This document shows positions 17,100 to 26,175 of a stretch of DNA of 40,346 bases, in pieces. Origin of the DNA: Planctomycetota bacterium (GTDB lineage: Bacteria; Planctomycetota; Phycisphaerae; Phycisphaerales; Phycisphaeraceae). Below the pieces are notes generated by a model. The model made no database searches. It was not told the DNA's origin and saw only the letters and a program-made list of their open reading frames with translations. Position 1 is the stretch's first letter; each line of letters starts with the position of its first letter. Both the position numbers and the translations under genes were made by a program. The stretch spans positions 3,236 to 43,581 of the forward strand of contig JAJXSS010000001.1 of the NCBI GenBank assembly GCA_021784455.1. The letters run 5' to 3'.

Positions 17100-18599
17100 T
17101 CAATCGAGCCGTAGCGAGCGTTTGAGGACTTTGCCGGTCGGATTGCGGGGCAGGGCGTCGAGGCGGCGGATTTCGCGGGGGACCTTGAAACCGGCCAGAT
17201 GATCGCGGCACCAGGCCCGCAGGGCGGGCTCATCGAACGCTTGGCCGTCCTTGAGTTCGACGAAGGCCACGGGAATCTCCCCGCGCATGGCATCGGCCAC
17301 ACCGATCACTGCGGCGTCGCGGACGGTGGGGTGCTGGGACAGGACCTCCTCGATTTCGCGCGGCACCACGATCTCGCCGGCGACCTTGAGCATTTCCTTC
17401 TTGCGGCCGGTGATGTAGAGCAGGCCCTGTTCGTCGAGCCGGCCGATGTCGCCGGTACGGAAATAGCGCCGGCGTTCGATTCCCTCGCCGCTGGGGACGG
17501 GCAGTTCGATGAAGGCCTTGGCGTTTTCCTCGGGCAGGTGGTAGTAGCCCGGCGTGATGTTGGGTCCGTAGGCCAAAATTTCCCCGTCCTGGCCCGGCGG
17601 CAGCGGCCGGTTGTTCTCATCCACGATCAGGATATCCACACCCGGCAGGGCTGTGCCCACTGCATTGGGCCGCCGGGCCCATGGCGTGCACCAGGTGAGC
17701 ACCGGCGAGGTCTCGGTCAGGCCGTAACCTTCCAGCAGTTGCACCTCAAACCGCTCGCGGAAGGCCTCACTGACTGAAGTGGGCAGGGCCTCGCCGCCAC
17801 TGACGGCCATCTCGATCGAGCGCATGTCCTGGGCCGCGGCCTCCTTCACCGACAGCAGCGCGTTATACATGGACGGCACGGCCACCACGATGGTGGGGTG
17901 GTGGGTGCGGATCAGGTCGACGAATTTGCGGGGCACGAAGCGGGCGGAGGTCACCACCCGGCAGCCGGCGTAGAGGGGGATCAGGGTCAGCACGGTCAGG
18001 CCAAAACTGTGGAACTGGGGCAAGACGCCCATCATGGTGGTGGCCTGGGTGATGCGGGCGTGGCTGATGCTAGCATCGACGTTGGCGTGCAGGTTGCCGT
18101 GGGTCAGCACCACGCCCTTGGGCCGGGCGCTGGTGCCCGAGGTGTAGAGGATCACGGCCGGGTCCTCCTCGGCAGTGGCGGGGGGCCAGCGGAAGGGGGG
18201 CAGGCCGGTGACATCCATGCGGTCGATGTGCACCAACCGCACTTCCGGGGGTAAATTCTGGGGGCCGCCCAGGAAATCGAGCATCGGGCCCACGGTCAGG
18301 ATCGTGTCCACCCCGCTGTCGCGGATGACGAATTCCAGTTCCTGCCTGGACAGCAGGAAGTTAAACGGTACGGCGCACTTGCGAGCCAGCCAGCAGCCCA
18401 GGAGGGCCATGGGAAAGGCCACGCTGGAGGGCAGCAGGATGCCCACATTGGGCCGGGCGGTGACGGCCTCGATCTTTTCGGCCACAAACATGCCCCCGGC
18501 CAGAATCTTCATGAAGGAATGGGTCCCCTGGTCGTCCACCATGGCGGGGCGTGGGGCGCTGAGCAGGGCTTGCTGGGTAATGGGCCAGAGCAGTGCCAT
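17100..18599 (-). CDS. AMP-dependent acyl-CoA synthetase/ligase (long-chain-fatty-acid--CoA ligase-like)
   Basis: AMP-binding signature ILYTSGTSARPKGVVLTHGNL, then EGYGLTETSP, YFRTGDIG, and a C-terminal PRNPTGKVLKR. Confidence 0.9.
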   Translation of the reverse strand: MALLWPITQQALLSAPRPAMVDDQGTHSFMKILAGGMFVAEKIEAVTARPNVGILLPSSVAFPMALLGCWLARKCAVPFNFLLSRQELEFVIRDSGVDTILTVGPMLDFLGGPQNLPPEVRLVHIDRMDVTGLPPFRWPPATAEEDPAVILYTSGTSARPKGVVLTHGNLHANVDASISHARITQATTMMGVLPQFHSFGLTVLTLIPLYAGCRVVTSARFVPRKFVDLIRTHHPTIVVAVPSMYNALLSVKEAAAQDMRSIEMAVSGGEALPTSVSEAFRERFEVQLLEGYGLTETSPVLTWCTPWARRPNAVGTALPGVDILIVDENNRPLPPGQDGEILAYGPNITPGYYHLPEENAKAFIELPVPSGEGIERRRYFRTGDIGRLDEQGLLYITGRKKEMLKVAGEIVVPREIEEVLSQHPTVRDAAVIGVADAMRGEIPVAFVELKDGQAFDEPALRAWCRDHLAGFKVPREIRRLDALPRNPTGKVLKRSLRLD

Positions 18600-18708
18600 A
18601 GGATTTCCGTACCGAGTTGGGCCGGCGGTGATCGGCGCACGATGCGCCGGCAGGCACCCCCACCGCGGGTCGGTACACTAGGCTAACGACAACCACGAAC
18701 ATCGGCGA

Positions 18709-19650
18709 ATGAGGAACATGATGGCGACAGAGCTTGGGATGGCGGCCGGTCGGCGTCCGAAACATGTCCTCGCAGGTTCGGGCCTGCCCGGAGCACTGGC
18801 AGGTTCCCAGCCCCGCAGACCAAGGCGGAGAAGGCTCCGACGGAGCCTCGCCCTGCCGCGGGCTCTTGCCCTCCCAGGGATTATCGCCCTCCAGGGGCTG
18901 CTGGCCCTGGCGGTGCTGACCAGCGGCTGCCAGAATCCGGGAGCATCGGGCCAGCTCGGGCCTATCTACAGTGCCTACCACCGCGGCGATTATGTCACCA
19001 GCTACCGTCTGGCCCGGGCCCAGACCACCAGCGCCACCGGCGCAACCGCACGCGAGGCGGCCTATGTGGCGGGCTTGTCGGCCAAACGGCTGGGCGATGA
19101 CGGGGCGGCCGAGTATTACCTGCAGCAGGCCGTTCACGGCCAGAACCTGCAACTGGCGGCCAACGCGGAGTCGGAACTGGGACTGATGTACCTGCGGGCG
19201 GGCCGCTATCGTGATGCCGCCCAGGCCTTAGCCTGGGCGGCGCCGCACCTCAAGGGCGTCGATCAGGCCAACGCCTGGTACTTTGCCGGTATCGCTCAGC
19301 AGAAGCTGGGCCAGTGGGATCAGGCCCGGGTCAGTTTTCTGACCGCGCGGGGGCTGTCCACCGAACGCGATTTCCGCGCGCGCTGCCAGGAGGCCGCCGG
19401 CCAGCAGGGGTTTGCCATCCAGATGGGGGCTTATTCGGACCGGCCCAATGCGTTCCTTGCCGCCCGGCAACTGGCGGGCAAGGCCCAAGCCGCACGTCTG
19501 CCCGCCCCACGGGTGGTGCCGGCCGTGGATGCGGCCGGGCAAAAGCTCTATTTGGTGCAAATCGGCCGGTTTGACACCTTAGCCAGCGCCGAGAGTATGC
19601 GCCAGCGTCTGGGCCTGGCCCATGCGATCCTGGTGTCCGTCAGCAGGTAA
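18709..19650 (+). CDS. Lipoprotein with TPR-like region and C-terminal SPOR (peptidoglycan-binding) domain
   Basis: Lipobox LTSGC follows an Arg-rich N-terminus. TPR-like segments are present (AEYYLQQAV, GRYRDAAQALAWA). The C-terminal FAIQMGAYSDRPNA...LYLVQIGRFDTLASAESMRQRL matches the SPOR pattern. The start could be ATG 18721. Confidence 0.75.
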   Translation: MRNMMATELGMAAGRRPKHVLAGSGLPGALAGSQPRRPRRRRLRRSLALPRALALPGIIALQGLLALAVLTSGCQNPGASGQLGPIYSAYHRGDYVTSYRLARAQTTSATGATAREAAYVAGLSAKRLGDDGAAEYYLQQAVHGQNLQLAANAESELGLMYLRAGRYRDAAQALAWAAPHLKGVDQANAWYFAGIAQQKLGQWDQARVSFLTARGLSTERDFRARCQEAAGQQGFAIQMGAYSDRPNAFLAARQLAGKAQAARLPAPRVVPAVDAAGQKLYLVQIGRFDTLASAESMRQRLGLAHAILVSVSR

Positions 19651-19694
19651 TGGTGAAATAAGTGAGTGGGGCGACGAGGCTGCCGCGTCCGGCG

Positions 19695-21155
19695 TCAAGC
19701 GCCTTTGGTAAAGGCGATTTCCCGGCCGACGGGCATGACATCCGTGAAGAGCGATCGTTTCGTTTCGCGCCGGCCGAAGATGAAGGCCCACAACACCACG
19801 CCCACGCAGGCCGCCACCAGAGCCACGCCCAGGATGGTCAGCACGATCTGGGTGATCAGTTGCAGCGGGGGGGCAATGTTGACGATGTGGCCCAGGCGCT
19901 GAATGGTCAGGTCCGGGCCCAGTTCGGCCGCGCCCGGTTGGGGCACCAGCCAGATCCACACGGCCGTGCCCAGCAGCGTCACCAGGCTGGCCGGCAGCAG
20001 GGCCTTGACGCAGGCGTAGAGCACCTGGTCGATGCGGATGCGGGGCAGCGTCCAGCGCAGCCAGATCTGCACAAACACGATGCCCATAGCCTTGATCACG
20101 AACCAAGCCGCGCAGTAGACATTGAGGATCAGCATGGCCAGCAGGGGTGACAGGCCCCCGTGCGGTTGAAGCCCCAGGGCCTGGGCGGTGGCCACCAGGC
20201 CGTGGGCATTGGGAATGGCCCCGTTGAAGTACTGGATGGCGGCGTGGACGGGCTGGTAGCCCACGGCCCAGTACACCGGGTCCACGATGCCCAGAGGGCT
20301 GTTCCAGCCGCCCAGGAACAGGCCAGCCTGGATGGCGCCGACGATGAACATGGCGGCGTACTCGGCGAAGAAGAAGAAGGAAAAACGCAGGCCCGAGTAT
20401 TCGGTGTGGAACCCGGCCACCAGCTCGCTTTCCGATTCGGGCAGATCGAAGGGCGCCCGCTTGTTGGAGGCCAGCGAGGCGATGAAGTAGAGCAGGCACG
20501 CCCCGAAGATGAAGGGGTTGCTGAACACGAACCAGTCCCAGATGCCCCGGCCCTGGAGGTAGGATAATTCGGCCAGTTGCAGGGTTCCGGCGGTCAGCAC
20601 CCCGGCGATGATGGCCAGACCCAGGGGCACCTCATAGCTGACCATCTGGCAGGCCTCACGCATGGCTCCGAACACGGACCACTTGTTGTTGCTGGACCAG
20701 CCGGCCAGGATGACGCCCATGACTTCCACCGCCAGCACCGCCAGCAGGTAGAGCACGCCGATGTTCAGGTGCTCTTCGAATATGAACTGGGGCCCAAAGG
20801 GCAGGGCCAGGAGGGCGGCAAACACCGGGGCAAAGGCCAGGTAGGGGGCCAGGCGGAAAAGCATGGGATCAGCCCCCATCGGCATCAGGTCCTCTTTGAG
20901 GATCAGTTTGACGCCGTCGGCAATGGACTGGGCCCAGCCGTGCCACAGCCCCACGTGCATGGGCCCCAGGCGGGACTGCATGTGCCCGGCCACTTTGCGC
21001 TCCCACCAGATACTGAACATGGCGATGACGCTGATGCCGCCCAGAAACACGGTGGCCACGATGATCAGGCGGATCAGCAGGCTGATCCACAGGCTCCAGA
21101 CGGCCGGGTTCAGGCCCAGCGCGTGGGTCAAGGCTTGGGTAATGTCGTAAACCAT
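19695..21155 (-). CDS. nuoH: NADH-quinone oxidoreductase subunit H (complex I NuoH/ND1), unusually long
   Basis: MFSIWWERKVAGHMQSRLGPMHVG, SSNNKWSVFGAMREACQMVSYEVPL, APFDLPESESELVAGFHTEYSG, and FFFFAEY...RWTLPRIRIDQ. At 486 aa it has an internal insertion and a C-terminal extension of about 85 aa. Confidence 0.9.
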   Translation of the reverse strand: MVYDITQALTHALGLNPAVWSLWISLLIRLIIVATVFLGGISVIAMFSIWWERKVAGHMQSRLGPMHVGLWHGWAQSIADGVKLILKEDLMPMGADPMLFRLAPYLAFAPVFAALLALPFGPQFIFEEHLNIGVLYLLAVLAVEVMGVILAGWSSNNKWSVFGAMREACQMVSYEVPLGLAIIAGVLTAGTLQLAELSYLQGRGIWDWFVFSNPFIFGACLLYFIASLASNKRAPFDLPESESELVAGFHTEYSGLRFSFFFFAEYAAMFIVGAIQAGLFLGGWNSPLGIVDPVYWAVGYQPVHAAIQYFNGAIPNAHGLVATAQALGLQPHGGLSPLLAMLILNVYCAAWFVIKAMGIVFVQIWLRWTLPRIRIDQVLYACVKALLPASLVTLLGTAVWIWLVPQPGAAELGPDLTIQRLGHIVNIAPPLQLITQIVLTILGVALVAACVGVVLWAFIFGRRETKRSLFTDVMPVGREIAFTKGA

Positions 21156-21328
21156 GCGTAATGCAATCCTGCCGCTGTAAGGGCGATGGGTTGAGGGGGC
21201 GATTCTAACAGGTGGGGCCGCTGGCGGAAAGGGCGCGGAAAGCTACCATAAAGCGCTGGTTGGATGTGTTGTGTCGGGTGGCGCCGGGGTGTTGAAAAAT
21301 GCGTTTTTTCTTTTGTCCGGAGGTTCCC

Positions 21329-23023
21329 ATGTTTCGTTTGCCTTTTCAAGTGGCGGTATTGGTGCTGAGTCTCTTTGCGGGGTCGAGTCTGGCGGCCGAG
21401 GCGGACGTTCCCCTGAAGATCACCCAGGTGACGCTTTTCAAGAACGGGCTGGGCTATTTCACCAGCACTGCCACGTTGCCGGCCGGGGCCACGACCCTTC
21501 GTTTCGGCCAACTGCCCATTCCTTCCCACGGCACCTTCTGGGTGGGATATGAAGCGGGCCTGCCGGTCAAGGGGGTTTTCACCCGTCTGGAAACCATCAG
21601 CCGGCCGCAAACCGCTTCGGACATCACGGGATTGCTGGAGGCGAATGTTGGCCGAAACGTGGTGCTGTACTCGCGCTACTGGGGGGCCGCCAACACGGAG
21701 GACCCAAAGCCGGTCAAGGGCAAACTGCTGAGCGTGAACCGCGGGGAGCCGGCGACGCCGGCGTCGCCGTACGTCATGTCGGCGCGTCCTGAAAGCGAGC
21801 GCAACCAGTATTATGGCGGATCTCGGCCGGCAGTTGCCATCATTCAGACCGAAGAGGGCACCGCCGCGATCAGCACCGATTCGGTACAACGCCTTCTGAT
21901 CACCGGCGGGAAAGCGGCCACGCAATGGACGCATCAGGAAAAAATCCCCGTGCTGCGCCTGGAACTGGCCCAGCCGGCTCCCGGCTGGACGATCAACGTG
22001 AGTTACCTGGCCAAGGGCATTACCTGGGCCCCCAGCTACCGGATCGACCTGAGCGATGCCAAGACTGCGGCCTTCACCGCCAAGGCCATCATCATTAACG
22101 AAGTGGCCGACCTGGACGCGGTGAAGGTGGACCTGGTTACCGGCTACCCCAACCTGCTGTTCAGCGACATCCAGAGCCCCATCGCCCTGAGCAGCACGCT
22201 GGGCCAGTTCCTCCAAGCCCTGCAACAGGGGCGTAGCGAAAACCGTGGCAGTCCGGTGGTTGCCCAGCAGGCGGTGATGGGCAATCTCATCGGCATCGGC
22301 GGTGGTGGGGGCGGAAGTAACCTTGCGCCCCAGTACGGCACGGCCGCGACCGGGCAGCAGGCGGAAGACCTCTTTCTCTACCCCGTGAAGGAACTCACTT
22401 TGAAGCGGGGCGAAACCGCCATGCTGCCGTTGTTTTCCGCGAAGCTGCCTTACGAACATGTTTACACGTGGAAAATCCCGGACATGTTGGATGAGCGGGA
22501 TCAGTACCGCCATCCATCCGCCGACAGCAACACCCGCCCACCCCAGGAGGAAGTCTGGCATATCTGCCGCCTGACCAACACCGGCAAGATGCCGTTGACC
22601 ACGGCCCCGGCCGAGTTCATCAAGGACGGCCAGATCGTCGGGCAGGATATCTGCTACTACACCAACCCCGGCACCCAGACCGACATCCGCATCAACCGGG
22701 CCCTGCGCATCGCCGCCGAGCATGCGGAATTCGAAGTGCGGCGCGAACGCAACGCGGCTCAGTTTTACGGTTACAACTACGACAAGGTCACTGTGCGCGG
22801 TGTGCTTGATCTCACCAGCAGCCTGCCGGATACGGTGCATGTCGAGGTTACCAAGCTGCTCAGCGGCGATGTTCTGGAGAACAAGGAAAAAGCGGAGGTC
22901 ATCGACACGGCCAAGGGGCTGCGCGCGGTCAATGCCAGGCATCAACTGGTCTGGAAAATCGACTTGGCTCCGGGCAAGATGGCCAAGCTGACCTATGACT
23001 ATGTGGTGCTGGTGAGGCCGTAG
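21329..23023 (+). CDS. Secreted DUF4139/DUF4140-like (MuiA-like) protein
   Basis: Signal peptide MFRLPFQVAVLVLSLFAGSSLAAEA, with GGAGG 5 nt upstream of the ATG. VTLFKNGLGYFT and YLAKGITWAPSYRIDL resemble DUF4140/DUF4139 patterns. The family assignment is from memory. Confidence 0.7.
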   Translation: MFRLPFQVAVLVLSLFAGSSLAAEADVPLKITQVTLFKNGLGYFTSTATLPAGATTLRFGQLPIPSHGTFWVGYEAGLPVKGVFTRLETISRPQTASDITGLLEANVGRNVVLYSRYWGAANTEDPKPVKGKLLSVNRGEPATPASPYVMSARPESERNQYYGGSRPAVAIIQTEEGTAAISTDSVQRLLITGGKAATQWTHQEKIPVLRLELAQPAPGWTINVSYLAKGITWAPSYRIDLSDAKTAAFTAKAIIINEVADLDAVKVDLVTGYPNLLFSDIQSPIALSSTLGQFLQALQQGRSENRGSPVVAQQAVMGNLIGIGGGGGGSNLAPQYGTAATGQQAEDLFLYPVKELTLKRGETAMLPLFSAKLPYEHVYTWKIPDMLDERDQYRHPSADSNTRPPQEEVWHICRLTNTGKMPLTTAPAEFIKDGQIVGQDICYYTNPGTQTDIRINRALRIAAEHAEFEVRRERNAAQFYGYNYDKVTVRGVLDLTSSLPDTVHVEVTKLLSGDVLENKEKAEVIDTAKGLRAVNARHQLVWKIDLAPGKMAKLTYDYVVLVRP

Positions 23024-23235
23024 GCGAGGGATACGCCGACCAGGATCAGGCGCACACAATTGGCCGAACGGACCTTGCCCCGGCGTGGAGCGGTCAGGCA
23101 GTGGACCGGCGTCGTTCCTCCGGTCAGGGAACGATCCACCAACCGTGTCCTGACGTACAGCGGGAGGGGATTTGGCCGTAAGATGCCCATCCGGGAGGGA
23201 GGGAGCATCGCTGGTCTGATTGGGTGGAGCCTACT

Positions 23236-24810
23236 ATGCCCGTGCCACAGCCTGCCTTCCTTGCTGGGATCGTGATGCTGATGGCTATTGGATGGGCCCC
23301 CCCCCCGGCGCGTTCGGCCCCGGGCCCGGCCTCCAGCCGGCCCTGTGTGCCGCTGCGTATCGATCCTGAAACGACCTGTCTGACAGGCCCCAAGGCGTCT
23401 GACGGCACCATCGACTACCTGGCCGCCTGGAACGCGCGGGCCGGTAAGGGCATCCCGGCGGATGGAAACGCCGGCCCGCTGATTCTGGCGGTCTGCCTTC
23501 CCCCCGACAGTCCTTTGGCCGCCGCGCAGGCCGCCGCCGCCGACATTCAACTTTCCCAACGTGATCCCCATCTCAAGCCGTGTGCTGCTTTCAAGGTAGA
23601 CCCCGCCGACCTGGCACCCCTGGGGGCCAAGCCCTGGCAAGCGGCGAAACATCCGGCCGTGGCGCAGTGGCTTACCGCCAATACCCCGGCCTTGGCCGCT
23701 CTAATCCAAGCCAGTCGCCGGGAGCATTTCTTTGTGCCTCTGGTCGCTCCGGGCCATGGGGGGTTGTGCCAGGCCCAGGTGCCGTACCTGGCCCAGCTTC
23801 GATTGGCGGGTCAGGCCCTGGTCTGCCGGGCCGCCCTGCGCCTGGGGAACGGGGATGCCCTGGGCGCCTGGAGCGATGTGCTGGCGGTCTCCCGTCTGGG
23901 CCGGCTGCTGAAATCGGCCCCGGACATGGCCCTGTATGAGGGGGGGGTGCAGTTGGAGGACCTGGGGATCCAGGGACTGCTGATGTTGGCCCGCAGCGCT
24001 GCGGTGGAGCGGGCCACGGCGGTGCAGATTCTGCGTGATTCGCTGGAAATGTCGGTCACCCCCGATCCGCACCTGATGCTGGATGTCGGCGAGCGCTACC
24101 GGCGTCTGGACGCCCTGCAGGCGGTCGAGCAGGGTGGCACCTGGCGGGCCTTTCTGGGTGCCCTGGCCCGGGTGGAGGCCGATGGCTCCCAGCAGGCCGC
24201 GGGGACGGATTCCGGCCCTGATCCGGCGCTGGTGCCGGCGGGCGAGCTTCCTCTGGCCGTCGATCTCAACGTGCTGGCGGCCGCGGTCAACAACACGTTG
24301 GACCTGGTTATTCCTGTTTTCGGCCAGGGCAGCTATCCGGCCGGCAGGGATGTGCTCCAAGCCCTGGAGGGCAGCTTGAAGGACCGCGGCCAGATGGCCC
24401 AGCGGCGCCTGGCTGAGCCGGGGCTGGCCCAACGCCTGAGCCAGGCTCAGGGTGAGGATCGGCGGGCTTTGCTCAACGGCATTGCCAAGGACCTATTCGA
24501 CCGCCGCCTGGGGGGGGTGTGTCTGGCGGCGTACACCGGGGCGTATGCCCGGCGGGCGCGGCTGGATCTGGCCCGGCTGGCCCTGGCCCTGAATACCTAC
24601 TACAACGACCAGGGGGAGTACCCGCCCCGGCTGGACATCCTGGCGCCACGCTACCTGCCCACCTTGCCCCAGGATCCCTTCACGCAACAGCCGTATCATT
24701 ATCGGCGGCACGACCGGGGCTGCGAGGTCTGGAGTGTGGGCCCGGATGGGGGCAACGACCAGTCCAACGCCACGGCCGACATCGAGATCGAATTGCGTCC
24801 GCCGGCATAG
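23236..24810 (+). CDS. Hypothetical secreted protein with a GspG-like (pseudopilin C-terminal) tail
   Basis: Hydrophobic N-terminus AFLAGIVMLMAIGWA. The C-terminal YLPTLPQDPFTQQPYHYRR...EVWSVGPDGGNDQ resembles the conserved C-terminal segment of type II secretion major pseudopilins. No prepilin cleavage motif is present. GGGTGGAG lies upstream of ATG 23236. Confidence 0.65.
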   Translation: MPVPQPAFLAGIVMLMAIGWAPPPARSAPGPASSRPCVPLRIDPETTCLTGPKASDGTIDYLAAWNARAGKGIPADGNAGPLILAVCLPPDSPLAAAQAAAADIQLSQRDPHLKPCAAFKVDPADLAPLGAKPWQAAKHPAVAQWLTANTPALAALIQASRREHFFVPLVAPGHGGLCQAQVPYLAQLRLAGQALVCRAALRLGNGDALGAWSDVLAVSRLGRLLKSAPDMALYEGGVQLEDLGIQGLLMLARSAAVERATAVQILRDSLEMSVTPDPHLMLDVGERYRRLDALQAVEQGGTWRAFLGALARVEADGSQQAAGTDSGPDPALVPAGELPLAVDLNVLAAAVNNTLDLVIPVFGQGSYPAGRDVLQALEGSLKDRGQMAQRRLAEPGLAQRLSQAQGEDRRALLNGIAKDLFDRRLGGVCLAAYTGAYARRARLDLARLALALNTYYNDQGEYPPRLDILAPRYLPTLPQDPFTQQPYHYRRHDRGCEVWSVGPDGGNDQSNATADIEIELRPPA

Positions 24811-24835
24811 AAGATCCCGGGGCCCTCGTTTTGCG

Positions 24836-24864
24836 TTGACGCGAGCGCCCACCGGCCGTATTCT
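24836..24864 (+). promoter_or_regulatory. Sigma-70-like promoter upstream of hpf
   Basis: TTGACG (24836-24841), a 17-nt spacer, then TATTCT (24859-24864), about 90 nt upstream of the hpf start. Confidence 0.45.
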
Positions 24865-24954
24865 TGCAGGAAACGGGCATTCGGGGCGTGCACGCCCCGG
24901 CTTCCAGGGCGTTCCCTGAGTGTCCGGAAATGACCCAGCCTTGGGAGTGGCAGA

Positions 24955-25272
24955 ATGGAAATGACGATCGCCGGCCGGCACCTGGAAGTCACGCCCGCCA
25001 TCCGGGAGTACGCGGAAAAGCGTGTGGCCAAACTGCCCAAGTACTACGATCGCGTGCAGGCTGCGCACGTGGTGGTGGAGAAAGCCGAGCGCCAGCACGC
25101 GGTGGAGATGCGATTGACGGCGGACCGGGCCGAGGCGTTTGTGGCCAAGGTGCAGGGCATGGACCTCTACGCCTGCATCGACCAGGCGGTGGAGAAGCTC
25201 GAGCGCCAGCTCACCGACCACAAGGACATGGTACGCCACCGCATGGGTAAGACCCCCATGTCCGGCGCGTAA
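24955..25272 (+). CDS. hpf: Ribosome hibernation promoting factor / RaiA family (short form)
   Basis: MEMTIAGRHLEVTPAIREYAEKRVAKLPKYYDRV...VEMRL...DLYACIDQAVEKLERQL matches the S30AE/HPF family pattern. Confidence 0.9.
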   Translation: MEMTIAGRHLEVTPAIREYAEKRVAKLPKYYDRVQAAHVVVEKAERQHAVEMRLTADRAEAFVAKVQGMDLYACIDQAVEKLERQLTDHKDMVRHRMGKTPMSGA

Positions 25273-25293
25273 TCGGGACCGGGAAAAAGCGAA

Positions 25294-25450
25294 CCACGAA
25301 GACACCAGGACACGAAGAAGAAACTCCGCGGAGCAAAACAGGTAGGCGGGCATAAACGAGAGAACTCGATTCGAGCGGCCCGATGCGGTTGCTTTCCTGT
25401 TTTTGCTCTTCGTCTGTGACGGTTTTTTTCGTGCCTTCGTGTCTTCGTGG
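25294..25450. repeat. Long imperfect inverted repeat element D between hpf and ptsN
   Basis: CCACGAAGACAC (25294-25305) pairs with GTGTCTTCGTGG (25439-25450). The inner pair is GCAAAACAGG (25333-25342) with CCTGTTTTTGC (25396-25406). The arms are CACGAAG/CTTCGTG tandem-like units. Confidence 0.65.
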
Positions 25451-25527
25451 GTGAATTCTCCGGTGACCGCGGACCGTATTCAGCAGCCCCCAGCCGCCGC
25501 GGCGGCACGGTATAAAGGCGTCTTTTT

Positions 25528-26004
25528 ATGAAGCTTCAGGATTTCGTGCTTGCCAAGGCCATCGTCCCCGAACTTGCCGGTACGGAGCGGGACGGCGTCA
25601 TCCGCGACCTGGTGACCGCGCTGGTTGAGGCCGGCGCCGCACCGGCGGGACTCAAAGAAGATCTGATCAAGATGATCGTGGATCGGGAGAAGAAAGGATC
25701 CACCGGTTTTGGCAAGGGCGTGGCGGTGCCGCACGTCAAGCATGCCAAGATCAAGAAGATTGCCGCGGCCATCGGGGTCAGCCAGAAGGGCATTGATTTC
25801 AACGCCCTGGATAAAGCCCCGGTGTACTCCGTGGTGCTGCTGCTGTCACCGCAGGACAAGCCGGATGAGCATCTGCAGGCCATGGAAATCGTCTTCTCCA
25901 ACCTCCAGAAGGACACCTTCCGGCGTTTCCTGCGCCAGGCTACGACGGTGAAAGAGGTTCAGGAACTGCTGCAGGAAGCCGATAGTCAGCAACTGCAGGC
26001 CTGA
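25528..26004 (+). CDS. ptsN: PTS EIIA(Ntr)-type nitrogen regulatory protein
   Basis: The 158-aa protein has the EIIA-2 fold pattern: FVLAKAIVPEL, REKKGSTGFGKGVAVPHVKH (phosphorylatable His), and VVLLLSP. Confidence 0.88.
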   Translation: MKLQDFVLAKAIVPELAGTERDGVIRDLVTALVEAGAAPAGLKEDLIKMIVDREKKGSTGFGKGVAVPHVKHAKIKKIAAAIGVSQKGIDFNALDKAPVYSVVLLLSPQDKPDEHLQAMEIVFSNLQKDTFRRFLRQATTVKEVQELLQEADSQQLQA

Positions 26005-26175
26005 AGTCCGGGTCATCCGGCCGGGTGGGGGGCGCAGCGGTTTTCGGGAATAGCTCTGGATGTCATCTCACTCGGGTCTCCGCCTGAGGAAAGACGTCGG
26101 GGGCTGACGGGGGGAGTCCGGTGGGGGGGGGTGAACCGGGCAAGGACCCGGGGAAGAATCCGGGGGTGGAGTTCC

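Noticed and set aside
21128-23059. 643-aa minus-strand ORF
   Set aside because: It is antisense to the DUF4139-like gene, which has a signal peptide, an SD sequence and family motifs. The antisense product is Arg/Gly/Pro-rich with no motifs.
24811-24954. Sigma-54 promoter (TGGCAC-N5-TTGC) expected near the hpf/ptsN genes
   Set aside because: No GG-N10-GC element with acceptable flanks was found here. The TGGCAC occurrences elsewhere (about 8411, 23589, 34105) also lack the TTGC half.
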